Shown: positions 62,581-64,000 of the stretch, piece after piece
Layout: each line of letters begins with the position of its first letter
How positions within the stretch are numbered: the stretch's first letter is position 1
Source of the DNA: Acanthaster planci
Lineage: Eukaryota
Length of the DNA stretch: 64,000 nt
Assembly: GCF_001949145.1 (NCBI RefSeq)
Contig: NW_019091355.1
Span: 4,413,374 to 4,477,373, forward strand
Direction of reading: 5' to 3'
The notes under the pieces: model-generated
Databases searched by the model: none
Seen by the model: only the letters and a program-made list of their open reading frames with translations
What the model was told of the DNA's origin: nothing
Translations under genes and position numbers: made by a program

Positions 62581-64000
62581 AAACTTGACCTTCTTGTAAT
62601 TCTATGCTTAAGTACATGTATGTACAATGTACTATGCAACTCCATTCTTCATCTGAGTATCTTTAGCCCTAGACTTTTGTACATGTAACAACTCTCATTT
62701 AATGATTTGGTTATTCACATCTATTTTCAACTCCAGCTAAAATTGCTTGCCAAAAATGTACATGTACATACATGCACGTTATGTATCAAACATTACTGGA
62801 TAGAGACCTGCATGTCAAAAAGTTCTTCAAAAAAGTCTGCCCGGGCAATTCTATGCAAAAAAGGAAATTGGTTCATGCTGTTATAGACCTCGTTATATTA
62901 ATCACAATTTGTAAACAAAAAGAACTGTTACAAAAATGTCATTTTCCAATCAAATAAAGGCAATTATAGGTACTGCTTCCTACTGTCTTAAACAACCCTC
63001 TTTTTGTTTGAGAGTTACTCAAGATCCGAGGTTAGAAAGAGTGTGACCAAATTTCCAATTTCGCATGGAATTGTCCCCTGTGGGTATTAATGCTGGGTTT
63101 GTCTTTCTAGGTAGTCACTGGAATTTTCAAAAGCTTACACATATATATATATTGGGTTGAAATGAAATAGCCAGGAGCCCAGTGGTACCCAGTGGAACCC
63201 GGTACCACATGCACAAGTACAGTCCAACTTCAGCATGTGCTCACTACGTAATTATAATATGCAGAGTTTCTGCAAAGACCTCACAGTTAGTTTTAGACAA
63301 AAATCTATAAAATTAACTTTCTACCAACAGACAGAATCAAAATCAGTGTGAACAAGGGCTGATGAACAACTGATCGTCATGCAAAAAAAAAAAAAATCTG
63401 GACAGGCCATCGACGGTTGCATGTGAAATCACTGTCCTCAACATTCTACAAGGAACAGCAGACTCGCCATGATTTTTGTTGAAAGATGGTAAAGATCTAG
63501 ACCAGTTCGCTCCGCACATTCCAATGGACAGATCAGGAACCAGTCCCTATACAATACATGTACATGTACCAAAGCATCACGTCATTTTATTAGCAAGTGA
63601 ACGGTGCATGTTGGTTCGCGTACCGGTTCTCTCGCATAAGTCTTTTACACAACGTGCAACGTATTCGTTTCGGTACTCTAAACCCGTCACTTATTTGTAC
63701 AGCCCGGAATATTGGCAAATCAGCAATCCAGATTCTTTTTTTATTAGTATTCGGAGATCAGAGACCGATGATTCGAGATGTGTGATATTGTGTGTTACCA
63801 TCCCTCATATACAGTGTATATTCACAACTGGAAGCCAAATTCTCACTTGGTCCACTGGTTCACTGCCAGTCACTGTCTTTTGATGTTTACCAGGCGCGCA
63901 CGAGACGATCCATGCACAAATCAAATAGGCTTCTTGTGCTAAACTGTTCCAGGGGAAGAGTGTAGTGAAACTGCTGCCTGGCTGAAGTACGCATGCTCAA

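Noticed and set aside
63887..64000. Minus-strand open frames at the window edge (EHAYFSQ..*, kinase-tail-like; or ..LFDLCMDRLVRAW*)
   Set aside because: Truncated by the window edge; the motif is too short to support a call.

Overview
Intron-rich, AT-rich eukaryotic genomic DNA with two assembly gaps. The protein sequences and the pervasive TACATG microrepeats and short elements suggest a marine invertebrate deuterostome, possibly a sea star (inference). Four genes were reconstructed by hand from splice sites. (1) The 5' end of a Slo1/KCNMA1 BK potassium channel (minus strand, ATG 25107, running off the left edge). (2) A complete METAP1 (plus, 10 coding exons, 376 aa, one GC-AG intron). (3) A complete class III alcohol dehydrogenase ADH5/GSNOR (minus, 10 coding exons, 377 aa). 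(4) A complete mitochondrial PP2C phosphatase PPM1K (plus, 4 coding exons, 373 aa). A possible terminal exon of an unidentified minus-strand gene lies near 59.5 kb. The most notable signal is that the BK gene carries two divergent 62-nt copies of the exon encoding voltage-sensor helix S1 (8538-8599 and 4032-4093). They have identical length and phase, each sits behind a 175-230 nt AG-free zone, and joining both creates an immediate stop. This is a candidate mutually exclusive splicing switch of S1 that changes the residue equivalent to Slo1 D133 (D vs Q). Also seen: a DEG/ENaC-like N-terminal fragment in BK intron 1, a Kolobok-like element with a decayed THAP domain, a decayed CR1-like LINE, tRNA-derived SINE-like elements, many MITEs, and METAP1-ADH5 adjacency as in human 4q23. 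Comparisons with human sequences are from memory; no database searches were run.
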